A stretch of DNA of 61,095 nucleotides, filler included, from Squatina squatina (taxonomy: Eukaryota), in the NCBI GenBank assembly GCA_031763465.1. It is 4 parts of 4 records of this genome, joined end to end, with 100 filler letters (N's around TTAATTAATTAA, not from the genome) between each part and the next. Parts side by side here need not be neighbours in the genome. Positions count along the whole stretch, not along the records: positions 1 to 14,854 come from JARFOE010000168.1; positions 14,955 to 29,684 come from JARFOE010000016.1; 2 more parts are not named here. One strand, given 5' to 3'. The translations under genes were made by a program, and so were the position numbers. This document shows, in pieces, positions 12,501-24,847 of the stretch. The first letter of the stretch is position 1; each line of letters starts with the position of its first letter. The notes below the pieces were generated by a model. It was not told the origin of the DNA. It saw only the letters and a list, made by a program, of their open reading frames with translations, and made no database searches.

Positions 12501-14019
12501 GTCCCTGGCGAATGGCTTGAATTTCGTCCTGCTCCTCAGCAGGAGAGCAGAACTCTGCTCATATCCAGCTCTGTGAACGATTGACTTTTGGTTATGCTAC
12601 GAAGATCTATCAAGTACATTCAGGGACAGAACCTATTGAAATGTCTCTGGCTCTCAACCATACTCTTTCTTGGTGTCCAGGTACAGGGCCAAATAGAAAC
12701 AGAACAAAGTACATGAGATGACTGGAATACAAAACAAATTCCTTGTTATAAATCCTCCTTGCCATATGCAGGCCCCAAGTTGACAATATGGTTTTGCTTT
12801 GCCCCGCCCATTATTGGGATTGAATTGTGGAAAATGTTGACAGTGTGATTAGTTGTGACCCTGTGCCAGTACTGAGTTAGTGAGAGCTGTGCTAAGTAAT
12901 GTGCAGCATGTGGGATGAGGAGCAGTGTTGGCCAGATACCAGCTTTTGTGAGTTATACAAGGGATCACTGGACAATGTCCAGGTATGAAGTCCAGCTCAA
13001 GTAGTGAAAGTGGATTGCTAGGGCCCTTGAGTTTGTGATCAACATTACTTTATGCTGCAGGTTAGGATTTTAGCAGCGATTTACTTCTGGCTTATCGTTA
13101 GAGTTCATTACTGCTTGAACTTCTTTTAACTTGTCACACAATCCATTCCAGCAACGCTTGTGGAGATCAATAATTTATTGATTTTTAGGAAGTGAAGTAG
13201 AACNNNNNNNNNNNNNNNNNNNNNNNNNNNNNNNNNNNNNNNNNNNNNNNNNNNNNNNNNNNNNNNNNNNNNNNNNNNNNNNNNNNNNNNNNNNNNNNNN
13301 NNNGGGGATTGCAATAAGAGTGATAAAAGAGCATCATTGGCAGAATAAAGACATCATCAACCACCCAGTCTGTGCTGGTTGGCAGTTGCTGCCACATTAA
13401 CATTCAACAGGACTTTAGTATTAAATACCATTTAGTTCAGCACCATTAATTCCATTGAGCAAAAAATATTTAGCAGCTTATAAATTTACAGGGTTACAAT
13501 CCATTTCAAGGTCCTATTATGGTTTTAGAAAGCAATTAAGTTTGATAATGAAATGTTTCACAACAGGACTGGCAATACGATTGATAGGTTACTGTTGCAT
13601 TTCATGTCATTCCCCTTCCTTTCTTGTAAAACATCCCTATTGTAAGGGTGCAGGTCCAAGTGTAAATGAGGAGTCCCTAGAAAAGGTGCAAATCCAGTTT
13701 GTTTCTAATGTCTGCTGTGACTAACATGGAGTTACTTTGTGCAGTGGATTTGAAAAACATATTCAACCTTGCTTAGTTCTCAGATTGCCTCAGCTGGTAA
13801 GAACATATAACTGAGTCTGACAGACCACAAGATTTCAAGTCTGATTTTCGTTCTCTGCTACACTTGGCTCCAGTGTCCCTGTGGTAGGGAGGGCCTATCA
13901 CCCAGCGTTCCCATTCCTCACTGCTGTCCAGTGGCTTTGCCTGCAAAATTTGGATGCACAAACTTTGGGCTGAGCAGGAATCGGGCATGGCTGTGACTTC
14001 TGACCCCCAGAGTGCACTA

Positions 14020-14130
14020 ACAGCATATACACATGCAACACGGCACACACACCATGCACACAGCACAAGCATGCCTGCATACAACACACACGTGGCATGC
14101 ACATAGCATGCACACTCACACATACACTCC
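14020..14130. repeat. Degenerate CA/TG-rich simple repeat
   Basis: catatacacatgcaacacggcacacaccatgcacac...cacactcacacatacac. Confidence 0.75.
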
Positions 14131-14854
14131 CTGTTTCCGTCGGAGGAATCCGAGCTCTGCCTAATCCTGTACTTGCCTGCTGTCCATTCCATCTCTCTCT
14201 GCAGCAGGCCAAGAGCTGGAAGGGCACAACAGACCCTTCTGCCCAACACAGGGTTGCACAGAGGACAAACCAGTCGGATTTGTCGTAACATGAAACTATT
14301 CAACAGAGCCACAATTAAAAGGAACACCGTCCATTCATTCCCGTGTCACGCTGCGTCACGACTGAATCCACCAACAAATACAAAGAGACACACCTACGCA
14401 ACGTAACAGCTCCTGAGACACCAGCTGGCCTTTCCTACACATGTGATTTTATCATCTGAACACTTTAGATCAGGTTATTCCCTGGTAATCACTCCCAGAT
14501 TACCTATCATTTCTCTATCTGAAACAGCCACCCACTACCTTTCCTCTTTCAGAGCTGACACCAGCTGCAAAAACTATTTGTTGCAGCTTCTAAAATGATA
14601 CCAATCTTGGCCAACGTCCATTTGAATGTATGTGTTGACATTTCTGTAAAGAACCAGGCCTTTCTCAATCTAAATCAATCTGAATTGACTTGGTCGCTTA
14701 TCTCTAGTGCTGAGATTTGTTAGCTGCCAGCCCAATTGCTTATAATGAAGAGGATGCCAGGCCCTTGGAATTATGCAGTTAGGTTTCAGATTAGTAGGAG
14801 TAAAGGACGGCTTAATTCAGCAGAACTCGAAAGCTACAAAGCACTTCCATTTTT

Positions 14855-14954
14855 NNNNNNNNNNNNNNNNNNNNNNNNNNNNNNNNNNNNNNNNNNNNTT
14901 AATTAATTAANNNNNNNNNNNNNNNNNNNNNNNNNNNNNNNNNNNNNNNNNNNN
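14855..14954. other. Artificial scaffold-joining linker
   Basis: 44 N + TTAATTAATTAA (14899-14910; palindrome with stops in all six frames) + 44 N. Confidence 0.95.
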
Positions 14955-15168
14955 GGGTAAAGAATTCCAAAGATTCATGACCCTCTGAGAGAAGAAATTC
15001 CTCCTCATCTCCCTCTTAAATGGGCGACCCTTTATTCTGAGACTATGCCCCCTAGTTCTAGATTTCCCCACAAGGGGAAACATCCTCTCAGTATTTACCC
15101 TGTCAAGGCCCCTCGGTATCTTATATGTTTCAATAAGATCACCTCTCATTCTTCTAAGCTCCTATGAG
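14955..15168 (-). mobile_element. CR1 LINE ORF2 C-terminal fragment
   Basis: MRGDLIETYKI...RGHSLRIKGRPFKREMRRNFFSQRVMNLWNSLP. Confidence 0.9.
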
Positions 15169-15538
15169 CAGGGACACTGGCAGATTTTCCTCTTCCTAAT
15201 CTGGGACATTGATGCCAATTATCATGCCCTTACTGCCACCATGGCATATTTGCTTGCTGCAACAAAATTAGTACGTCTGAGTTCATTTCAGTAGTCTGAT
15301 GTTAACGTTACACTTATTTATGAAATCCTTAATTGTAATTCTCAAAACTGTTGCTCAGAAGTCACAAGGTGCTTTTTATTTGGAGAAATTTGATGCCACA
15401 ACATCCATAGGTTATTGCTGAGTTATCCTGTTTTGATCCCAATGTGGAATGGTATTTAAACAGTGAACCAAACCATATAGCATAGAAACAATGAAGATGA
15501 TTGGGCAATTTTATCTAACTGCATATATTTCTCTGTAG

Positions 15539-15658
15539 ATATAAATGAATGTGAGAACAATCTATGTGGTCAGGAATGTGCCAATATCTATGGCTCCTAC
15601 CAGTGCTATTGCAGACAAGGCTACCAACTCCGTGAACTAGATGGACATTCTTGTGAGG
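15539..15658 (+). CDS. Internal exon of a fibulin-1/fibulin-2 family gene encoding one calcium-binding EGF domain
   Basis: tttctctgtag|AT...GAG G|gtaagg; 120 nt, phase 1-1. Translates (D)[39 protein letters not shown], with the cbEGF consensus and the fibulin-1/2 motif [20 protein letters not shown]. Confidence 0.93.
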
Positions 15659-16224
15659 GTAAGGAGAACCAGAGCAAAAAATACCACTCTTATTTCAATA
15701 GTCTTTTACATGGCTAAATAGGCTATAAGCTAACTACAAAAACTTCACCCAAATGCTCAAGAAAAGGTAACTGTTAAAGTGTAGCTACAACACTAGAGCG
15801 CCTATTTTCGAACAAGCGACCATAGTTTGGATGACAATCTTAATTGCCATTTACATTTGAGCTTCTCCTTGAGAACAATGAATGAGTTTGTTTATCTCAA
15901 TTAGTGTGCGAAAGAGGTTACTGACTGGGAGAGAATACTCTCCCGCATTGCTCCTGAGAGTCGTGTGAAGGTATTGAACTAACCTGGATGATGGAGGAGT
16001 GGAAAACCTGCAACAACAAAAAAATCATAACACGGAAAACAATAACACAATAAATGAAGGTTGATTAAATTTGAGGGACTGTTTGTCGCAATGTGTTTGA
16101 ACACAGTCCTTTCATCTCTATAGATGTCAATCTAGGTTAAATTGACAGGATGACACATCGGTGTAGAATATTGATACCACTGGAGTGATTAGTCACTTCA
16201 TATAAAATGAGCAATTATTATGTA

Positions 16225-16258
16225 TTGGGTGACCAGATCTGAACAGTGGCAAACCGGG
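16225..16258 (+). mobile_element. Terminus of a hAT (Tip100-type) non-autonomous DNA transposon, cut by a gap
   Basis: ttgggtgaccagatctgaa...caaaccggg is the inverted counterpart of the end at 23100-23133 (TAGGGTGACCA-type TIR). Confidence 0.55.
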
Positions 16259-16779
16259 NNNNNNNNNNNNNNNNNNNNNNNNNNNNNNNNNNNNNNNNNN
16301 NNNNNNNNNNNNNNNNNNNNNNNNNNNNNNNNNNNNNNNNNNNNNNNNNNNNNNNNNNGTGGCCAGGATCGGGGGCGAGGTCAGGACTCGGAGCCAGGGT
16401 TGGGAGGAAGGTCCGGACTCGGGGCTAGCATGGTGGGGGAGGTGGATCTAGCGCTGGCGACCAGGTTTGCGGGGAGATCAGAGCAGAGGTTAGAGTCGGG
16501 AGTGCATTTGGAGATGATAATTGCGGGTACTTACTTTTCCTTTGGCGCTGTTTAAAATTTGTTTTCCCGGGAGTAAACACCACTGGTGCTGGCTTCTTCA
16601 GACATAAGCCAAATTTGCAAGAGGGAGCAGGAGCAGGTGTTAGGCCCCTTATTTGAATACATTAATGGCCTAACACCTTTCTTTTGTCCTAATTTTTCCA
16701 CAAAACTGGCCTTAACAGTCAGCACTAAACCTGCAAATTTCTAGGCCTATGATTCGAGTACCACGATTCTTATCTTTCC

Positions 16780-17891
16780 TCTATCACTGACCATCACATC
16801 ATCCTATTTCTGACAACACGAAGATGCAAACCAGCAGCAAATGTAAATTCAAATCCAATTTTATAAATTCACTCATTAAATAATGCATAAACTGAAACTA
16901 ATCACCTTTGTGCCTGTGTTCCGTGTGCGTTTACCTTTCCTAGTCCTCCTTCGAGATGCTTCTGCAGTGGCTGCAGCAGAAGGTTGAAGGCAGCTGACCC
17001 TCAATTGAGGAGACTGCAGATGGCCTTGGAGAACGCCCTTGAGCAACTTCGAGCCTAAAAGGCACGGCTTCAGACTGCAACATCTCAGCCTGGGCTGCAA
17101 CAGTCTGGTCTGGTCTGGCTGGCAGGCAACAGAAGGGGCACTGACAGAATGGCAGGGGTGGGAACAGGAATGCTGTCATCCTGAGAGATGAGAGCAGGCT
17201 CCTGTTCCATGGACCCAATGCCATTCTCCCAGGGCAGTGCTTGAGCAATTCTGGTGATCCATTGGAGAATAGATTGCTGGAATGCTGTGACTCCCCTGGA
17301 AAAGCCCCTTTGGACAGTGGTGTCCAGAACCATGATAGCAGCAGTCTGAGCTTGCAAGGCAGCAGTCAGACCTTTGATGGAAGCTGTTCCTGCTACAATG
17401 ATGTGCTGATGGAGGTGACCACTCGTTCCATGTTGGAAAGGATGGGCTCCAAGGTCTGCGCAAAGCCCTGTGCCAAGGCGGAGTGGACTCCTCCATGCTC
17501 TTTGACATTGTGCACAGGCTTTCCAGTGCAGCAAGTAATTGGTTACATACACCCATCAGCCTTCTTATGTAGCCTAGCCCATCGAAGTCCTCATCTGACT
17601 CCTTTGCAGCAGAACTCGTGTGACCTCACCGTCTGGTGAGCTGGCACCTGTGCTATCCTTTGTCTCCACTATGGTTCTTGCGCAATTGTCCCCAGTGTTC
17701 ACCACGTGCAGATCCCTCCTCTATCCTAGCCTCTAAAACACATGCAATGTCAGTCTCTGAGCTGGTGGCTGCAAGTGTAAAATCGAGTGACGCTGTCTCT
17801 TCATCTTCACTGTCTTCTTTCTCTTCCTCCTTTAACTGGGAGGTTCCAGTTCTTGGCAATCAGAAATGAAAAAGGGACAAGAGTTGGGCTG
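16780..17891 (-). mobile_element. PIF/Harbinger-like transposon fragment (3' part of the Myb/SANT accessory gene)
   Basis: Its last ~180 bp are homologous to 18623-18800 of the Myb/SANT-bearing copy. Decayed acidic EEEKEDSEDEETASLDFTL segment. Confidence 0.6.
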
Positions 17892-18622
17892 NNNNNNNNN
17901 NNNNNNNNNNNNNNNNNNNNNNNNNNNNNNNNNNNNNNNNNNNNNNNNNNNNNNNNNNNNNNNNNNNNNNNNNNNNNNNNNNNNNNNNNNNNNNNNNNNN
18001 NNNNNNNNNNNNNNNNNNNNNNNNNNNNNNNNNNNNNNNNNNNNNNNNNNNNNNNNNNNNNNNNNNNNNNNNNNNNNNNNNNNNNNNNNNNNNNNNNNNN
18101 NNNNNNNNNNNNNNNNNNNNNNNNNNNNNNNNNNNNNNNNNNNNNNNNNNNNNNNNNNNNNNNNNNNNNNNNNNNNNNNNNNNNNNNNNNNNNNNNNNNN
18201 NNNNNNNNNNNNNNNNNNNNNNNNNNNNNNNNNNNNNNNNNNNNNNNNNNNNNNNNNNNNNNNNNNNNNNNNNNNNNNNNNNNNNNNNNNNNNNNNNNNN
18301 NNNNNNNNNNNNNNNNNNNNNNNNNNNNNNNNNNNNNNNNNNNNNNNNNNNNNNNNNNNNNNNNNNNNNNNNNNNNNNNNNNNNNNNNNNNNNNNNNNNN
18401 NNNNNNNNNNNNNNNNNNNNNNNNNNNNNNNNNNNNNNNNNNNNNNNNNNNNNNNNNNNNNNNNNNNNNNNNNNNNNNNNNNNNNNNNNNNNNNNNNNNN
18501 NNNNNNNNNNNNNNNNNNNNNNNNNNNNNNNNNNNNNNNNNNNNNNNNNNNNNNNNNNNNNNNNNNNNNNNNNNNNNNNNNNNNNNNNNNNNNNNNNNNN
18601 NNNNNNNNNNNNNNNNNNNNNN

Positions 18623-19706
18623 CAGATCCCTCCTCTATGCTATCCTCTAAAATGTGCGCAGTGTCCACCTCTGAGCTGGTGACTGAGTGTAAGTTCGAGT
18701 GATGGTGTCTCTTTATCTTCACTGTCTTCTTCCTTTTCCTCCACTGACTGGGAAGGTTCTAGTTTTTCGGTACCTGAAATGAAAAAGGGACAAGGGTTGG
18801 ATGCTTACGCCAGTCTGTGAGTCACAAGAGATTGTGGGATGAGGGAGAAGTGGGATGAGAGAAGAAGGATTAGTTATGCAAATACCCTGATCATCAATCC
18901 CTCCAGCCCTGCTAGTGGCCACAGCCTCAGTGACGCCCCTTCCCATGGTGTCCAGCAGTGTCTCCTCCATTGGGTTAAAACATGCAGGCACGCTTGTCTG
19001 CCTCCAGTTCTTGCCTGCTGTTATGCGCCACCTTCTCCTGCAAGAAAGAGGGAAGAGTGTCAGTGAGTGTCCTGCAATATGGTTGGGTGATGTGGCTGTC
19101 ATGATTGAATAGCTACCAGTGTGTGCAAGCTTTGAGTTGTTGGTGGAAGGCTTGCAACAATACTAAGCATGTGAAAGTGAGGTAATGCATATGAATTTTA
19201 GGGTTAAGTACTGATTGATGGAGATTGTTGCCTTGACTTCCATGGCTACTTGTTCCCACTGCCTCTTGAGCATATGTCTGGAGAGCCTCCTGTTCCCCTG
19301 TGAATGCAGTATGTCTCTTGTTTTTCAAGCTCTTCCACCAAGACTTGGAGAGCATTGTCTGAAAACCTTGGTGCTCACTCTCTCACATATTCAGCCATTG
19401 CTCAATGTATCACAGTCCAGACCGACTTTTGAAAAAGCTCCCACCACTTGTTGCAGCCACAAAACATCTCTTCTTTAAGAGGTGCAGGCTGCCTTTAAGT
19501 CGCACTGGCCACTCGCTACATCAGGCCCCCTGCTAATACATGCAGCCAATGAACAGTGTGCGTAGCACTGGCTGCATGCAGCAATCGTGTAAAAGAGCAG
19601 GCAGCACTCATTTAACGTGTTGTTTGCAGCTCGAGGAGCGGGTGCGAGTTAATTGCGTACCGTGATCCCCAAGACCATTTTTGGGGGTTATCCAATTTAA
19701 TCCCCT
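18623..19706 (-). mobile_element. PIF/Harbinger-like transposon fragment with a decayed, spliced Myb/SANT-domain gene and a terminus
   Basis: Minus-strand translation with a frameshift: APRFSDNALQVLVEEL...RRLSRHMLKRQWEQVAMEV. Next exon ttcttgcag|EKVAHN (19037-18886). Terminus ggggattaaattgg at ~19706. Confidence 0.7.
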
Positions 19707-20330
19707 ATGTATCCAAATGTTACCTACCTTCCTTTACTGCGAGCAATTGAATTTACTTTAAGACCTCATTTAACTGGAGCAGCCTATGTCAATATTTGTC
19801 AAAAGATGTGCTAATGGTGCTGCTATGTATGACAAGCTTCTGACATTAAGTCAATACTCTGATAAGAGATTGATCGAGGTGTGAAGTTTGTCACAATGAT
19901 ACACTACCTGTCATCTCTTAAGCAACACTCTTTGATTTATTGCAATAATTTATAATGTAAACTGTGAGCTCTTGTGTAATCAGGACTGGAAATTAACTTT
20001 ATTTTCGGCACTGATCCAGATGAATCTCAAACTGCAAGGACAGATCTATTAATCCATAAATTAACTGAAGTACACCAACTATGTTAGGTTAGTAAATATG
20101 GCATGTGTGTGCCAAGGTGGGAATGTTAAAGAAACTGTCACATCCATTTTATATACTCTATCACAGGAACCATAGCCATTTCCCACATACAGCAGTTGTC
20201 AATCAAGGTGCATCTTTGGTTTAGATTGCCNNNNNNNNNNNNNNNNNNNNNNNNNNNNNNNNNNNNNNNNNNNNNNNNNNNNNNNNNNNNNNNNNNNNNN
20301 NNNNNNNNNNNNNNNNNNNNNNNNNNNNNN

Positions 20331-21080
20331 CTAGATCTTGCAGGTAATGCAGCACTATCGGCAGAAACTGAAGAAGCAATCCAAAGAAAACATGACTCCA
20401 TTTGGACTATAGATCATGCAGAAGGAAACAAAATCCATGAAAGTTGGAACCCTAATGTGCATATCAATACTAAGATCAAGCTCAGAGGAGAGAGAAAACA
20501 GAACGTAGACTGCTTCACTTCTTTGGTACAATGTGCAGTAATGTTAACATTAGAAGAGAGTTATTAGCTACAGTTGGTAAGGCAGTAAGTGCTTTTAGCA
20601 AACTGGATAGCATCTTCAGAAATACTAAACTATCCCTTAAAACAAAGATTTGACTTCACAATAGCCAATGTCTTATCTGCCCTGCTATAGGGCACTGAAA
20701 CCTGGCATTGGCACAAGCTACAAAGAACAAACTTGGCAGTTTTGACATTGAATGCTTTTTGCAAGATACTCGGGATCAGCTCAACAGATAAAGTAATGAC
20801 AATACAGTCAGAGAATGAACAAAGTGGCTGTTAATAAGCCAACTTGAAAACCAAAAGTACTTCAGGTGGCTAGGTCATGCGCTTAGTATGCACAATCCCA
20901 GATAATCATGTTAACTCTGAAATCGCCGCTAAATGGAAGAGGGAAGTGTGGAAAGCCAAGGATATCCCATCAAAACTGCATTGAAAGACCTTCTAGAATT
21001 CGGCATCACCTGGGAAATGATATGGTTGATAGAAGAAATTGGTATTGGGCCTACATGCCTGTGGCATTGTAGACCCATAG
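20331..21080 (+). mobile_element. Decayed RTE-clade LINE (RT C-terminal region)
   Basis: Remnants DLA..AALSAETEEAIQ, AFSKLDSIFRNTKLSLKTKI, ANVLSALL*GTETW and RWLGHAL. Confidence 0.7.
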
Positions 21081-22939
21081 ACGATATTTATGGGGAGTTG
21101 GGGTGGGGAAGAGGGAGATTTAGAGGCCGGGAAACTTGGAAGTACAGGTTTCCTGGAGGCCCTTCCGAGTTTAACGGCCTACTTAACATTTTTTGAATCC
21201 ATTTCGCAGCTGCAGCCAGCCAGACCAAGAGGCTGTTGGGCGGGTATGCATGCGTTACCAGCCGGGGAGCAGAGAGCAGGGAGGGAGGGAGAAATCATGG
21301 GTCGGATACTNNNNNNNNNNNNNNNNNNNNNNNNNNNNNNNNNNNNNNNNNNNNNNNNNNNNNNNNNNNNNNNNNNNNNNNNNNNNNNNNNNNNNNNNNN
21401 NNNNNNNNNNGCGCCTCGAGCGTTATGGGCTTTGCACCCATTTTGCACCGGCGCAAACAGAACACAAATTTTGAATTAACATTGGAAGGGGAAGATTCTA
21501 ACTCCAGCAGACCAGGCTGGTGGATTAGTCATCCTGCCATTAATATGGACTCAGTGAGCACTAAAGGTGCAGTTCATCAGAAGAACATAAATTACAGTAT
21601 GGGATATCAATGAGACTTGTGTTGTCCAGATTGCACAGCCTTCCTTTGATATTTATTTGTTGTGAAATGCAGCGTGCTACAAACCTGATGCGTATCTTTT
21701 CTCTATCCATCCTTGCCCCTAAAGAGAGTTCATGACACCACGAGAGCCTTGTACTTCTGGGGATGTCTTCACTGTGCCGAAGGGCCCGATTCTCAAAACA
21801 ATTGGAGAAGTACAAGTATCTTTTATACCTTATTTTTCCAGTTTCATTGCACGTCACTTTAAAAATATATTTTTCTGAGAGTTAGCTAAGCTTCTTGAGC
21901 TGGGTGCTAGTCAAGGGAACAGGCCCTTGCAAGATGAAATAAGTTCATGCAAATTAAAAAAAAAAGAGTCTTCAATGGTCCAATGACTGGTGGTCACAAA
22001 GTGCTTTTTGTTGGAAGAATGCTTTTCACAGCCAGCACGATGTCCGACACAGCTCTCATGCTATTTTCCTAGTCTTTGGCAGTAATGAGGACAATACAAA
22101 AGATGTGCTTTGCTGCCTCATTTGCATCATTATCCTATTATTTGAATATTCATGAGGTGCATGCCTGGGCACTTTTACAAAATAACATAAGAATGCTTAA
22201 ACTGCCCTTTCACTAGAAGAATATGTCAGATAGTTCAAGAAATGTGCAACTACCCTCGTGTATCACCACTACTTAAAATCAGTCCCTCTTTCTAACCAAT
22301 ATGCATCACCTCAGAAGACAATTAGATTCTAATTTAATTTTTCAAAATATCAATCTTCATTTAGTTGGTACACTTCTAATTAGAGCTGTTGGAAGAGGAG
22401 GCTGTTGGTGAAGAAAGTGATTTAAGTAGGAAAGTGCACCAAAATGATTAACAATATAAAGAATTCTGCATAGCAACCGTAGGCTTTCCTTTGTAAGTAA
22501 AAGGAGCTTAGCCATATCGTCCTTTGTGGCAGGATAGTGGGTTGATTAGAGCCATTAAAATCTCCATAGTTCTTGTAAATGACATCAGCTGAAAGGAGGT
22601 GTGTCTTGTGGAGTGGGATGGTCGCCTTGCTTAATAGCCAAGTTGAAACTCACAAAGATCAACATCAGAGGGCAGAAAATAATCACGTTTATGTTTGAAT
22701 GCTAACTTTCTGAATGGAAACTGCTGAAATTACAGGAACTTTAATCGTTATTGCAAATGAGTGAATGTACAAAGATGGATGAACAAAGTTGCTTCGATTT
22801 GTTGCCATTCAAGTATGATAGATTACTGTTATTNNNNNNNNNNNNNNNNNNNNNNNNNNNNNNNNNNNNNNNNNNNNNNNNNNNNNNNNNNNNNNNNNNN
22901 NNNNNNNNNNNNNNNNNNNNNNNNNNNNNNNNNACTCGC

Positions 22940-23092
22940 GACAGAGCCCTGACTGAGCATGTGCAGTCTCGACAGAGCCCTGACTGAGCATGTGCAGTCT
23001 CGACAAAGCCCTGACTGAGCATGTGCAGTCTCGACAGAGCCCTGACTGAGCATGTGCAGTCTCGACAGAGCCATGACTGCGCACGTGCAGCC
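22940..23092 (+). repeat. 31-bp minisatellite (at least 5 units; left end in a gap)
   Basis: Unit gacagagccctgactgagcatgtgcagtctc starts at 22940, 22971, 23002 and 23033, with a diverged unit at 23064. Confidence 0.92.
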
Positions 23093-23097
23093 TGATT

Positions 23098-23133
23098 GTC
23101 CCGGTTTGGGAATCTTCAGATTTGGTCACCCTA
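23098..23133 (-). mobile_element. hAT (Tip100-type) transposon terminus
   Basis: gtcccggtttgggaatcttcagatttggtcacccta ends in the TGGTCACCCTA TIR. Confidence 0.6.
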
Positions 23134-24847
23134 CTTTTATTTTTAAAAAGTTTGTGGCATTTTTCAAACTCACTAGGGTAATAAAAGCAATACAGCTGTG
23201 GTGAATATCAACAAAAACTATAACCTCGATTTTAGCCCCGCCAAATCTGGGCGGGTGACAAACTCACCTGCTGCTCCACAAATGAGGCAAGGAGTGGAGA
23301 TAAATCATTCTCAAAAGGCTCTGATTTTAATAAACAGATTCCTGTCTGCATTTTATCTCCATTTCTTTTCCCCTTTTCCTGACCCCACCCATGCCCCTCC
23401 TCTCCCATCTAGTCTACAATCCTAAATTACAGGGATGAGAGTAACTGGCCTGTCAGTCTGTCAGTAATTCCATTCCACTTCCTCCCCTTCCCAGGAACCT
23501 GGATATTAAGTTTCAGTGTGTTAGCCAGCAGTCTCCGACTCCAGGACTATAGTTACGGGGTGTCTTACTATTGACATCTCTTTCAGAGTCACTTTCTCTG
23601 TTTCTCATTCTTCAGTATAGCCTACTAAATTGAATCTTATTATGTCACTGTTTATAGTCAATTATTACCTATCGCCACTGTTTTTACATTATGTTTTCAT
23701 GCCCATGCTGGCTTTTATTGTTGTTTTCTTATCAGTTCATGTTAATTATATCTTAAGGGACATAGAGTGGAAGCTTGTTTCCTTCCCATATTGTATCCTG
23801 TGTTTGTTTTCATGTCAATATCTCCAATNNNNNNNNNNNNNNNNNNNNNNNNNNNNNNNNNNNNNNNNNNNNNNNNNNNNNNNNNNNNNNNNNNNNNNNN
23901 NNNNNNNNNNNNNNNNNNNNNNNNNNNNAAACCAATGCCGAAGGTCACTAACAACTTCCGAATCACGTGGCCAAAGCTAACGGACTGATAGCGCATGACT
24001 GATTGGTGTTTGAAACAACGTGTTCAGACTATCGTCTTATTGCCGTCACGTGATGGACCTAATACTGCTACCCACCGCCTTTCCGGTCCATCTCTTCCGC
24101 GCGGTGCTCTGGGTCCTACCATTCTTCGAGGTCGCGGCCCCGCCAGAGTAGGCCCCGAAGACAGCACAATACTCTGGGCCCGGCGATGGACCTAACCTAT
24201 CTTTTATATTTCCGGAGCAAGATCCTACCCTTCACTTTCATTTACGACGTTCCGAGTCTCCGTCATCCCTTTCATGTTACTCCGGAGGCCGAAAGTATGG
24301 CGCACATTTGGCCTAGGACGATCCAACAACTTCGCCCTCGTGGTGCTCTACGCCAATCCACTGTTGAGGTGGTCCGGGCCCTTCTGACCCGCCTACCTCA
24401 TTTATTGGCACTCCAGGCATCATCTCCGCGCCCGCCAATCTTCTGGGTCTCCCCAGGCTGAGCACAGCGAGGTCTAACGGCCTCCCGGCTCACTGGTATG
24501 AGGGGACGAATTAATTCTGCCTTTCTGGCACCCCACATCATCCAGATTCTTGAGGTGACCAATTAATTATGCCATTCTTTCACCCTACCTCACTCATTGA
24601 TACCGAGCAGAGCAACTCCTCTGGTCTGTCCCGTAACCAACCACAGTGACTCCTCTAGGTCTCCCTATGGCCAGCCATTAATTTCGCGACTTACTGCACG
24701 TGATCCAGCTCTAACACTAGCTTTACGAGCAACCATCCGGAACAATTGAGCTACCGCGATTCACTGGATCCTCATACTTACATCGCGCATAAACGACATT
24801 TCCTCCCAACTCATCATAATCGTTTCCGTCCTTTAGTCCATTGAAGC

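Noticed and set aside
13773-14327. 184-aa Cys-rich ORF
   Set aside because: The Cys/Val content comes from a TG-rich simple repeat; no domain is recognisable.
17787-18722. ORFs of 278-296 aa
   Set aside because: Almost entirely N-gap read-through.
22940-23092. CRISPR-like array
   Set aside because: Units are contiguous with no unique spacers, there are no cas genes, and the context is vertebrate.
16225-23133. Single 6.9-kb hAT element bounded by matching TIRs
   Set aside because: The flanking 8-mers (attatgta vs cttttatt) do not form a TSD and several gaps intervene; more likely two separate truncated copies.
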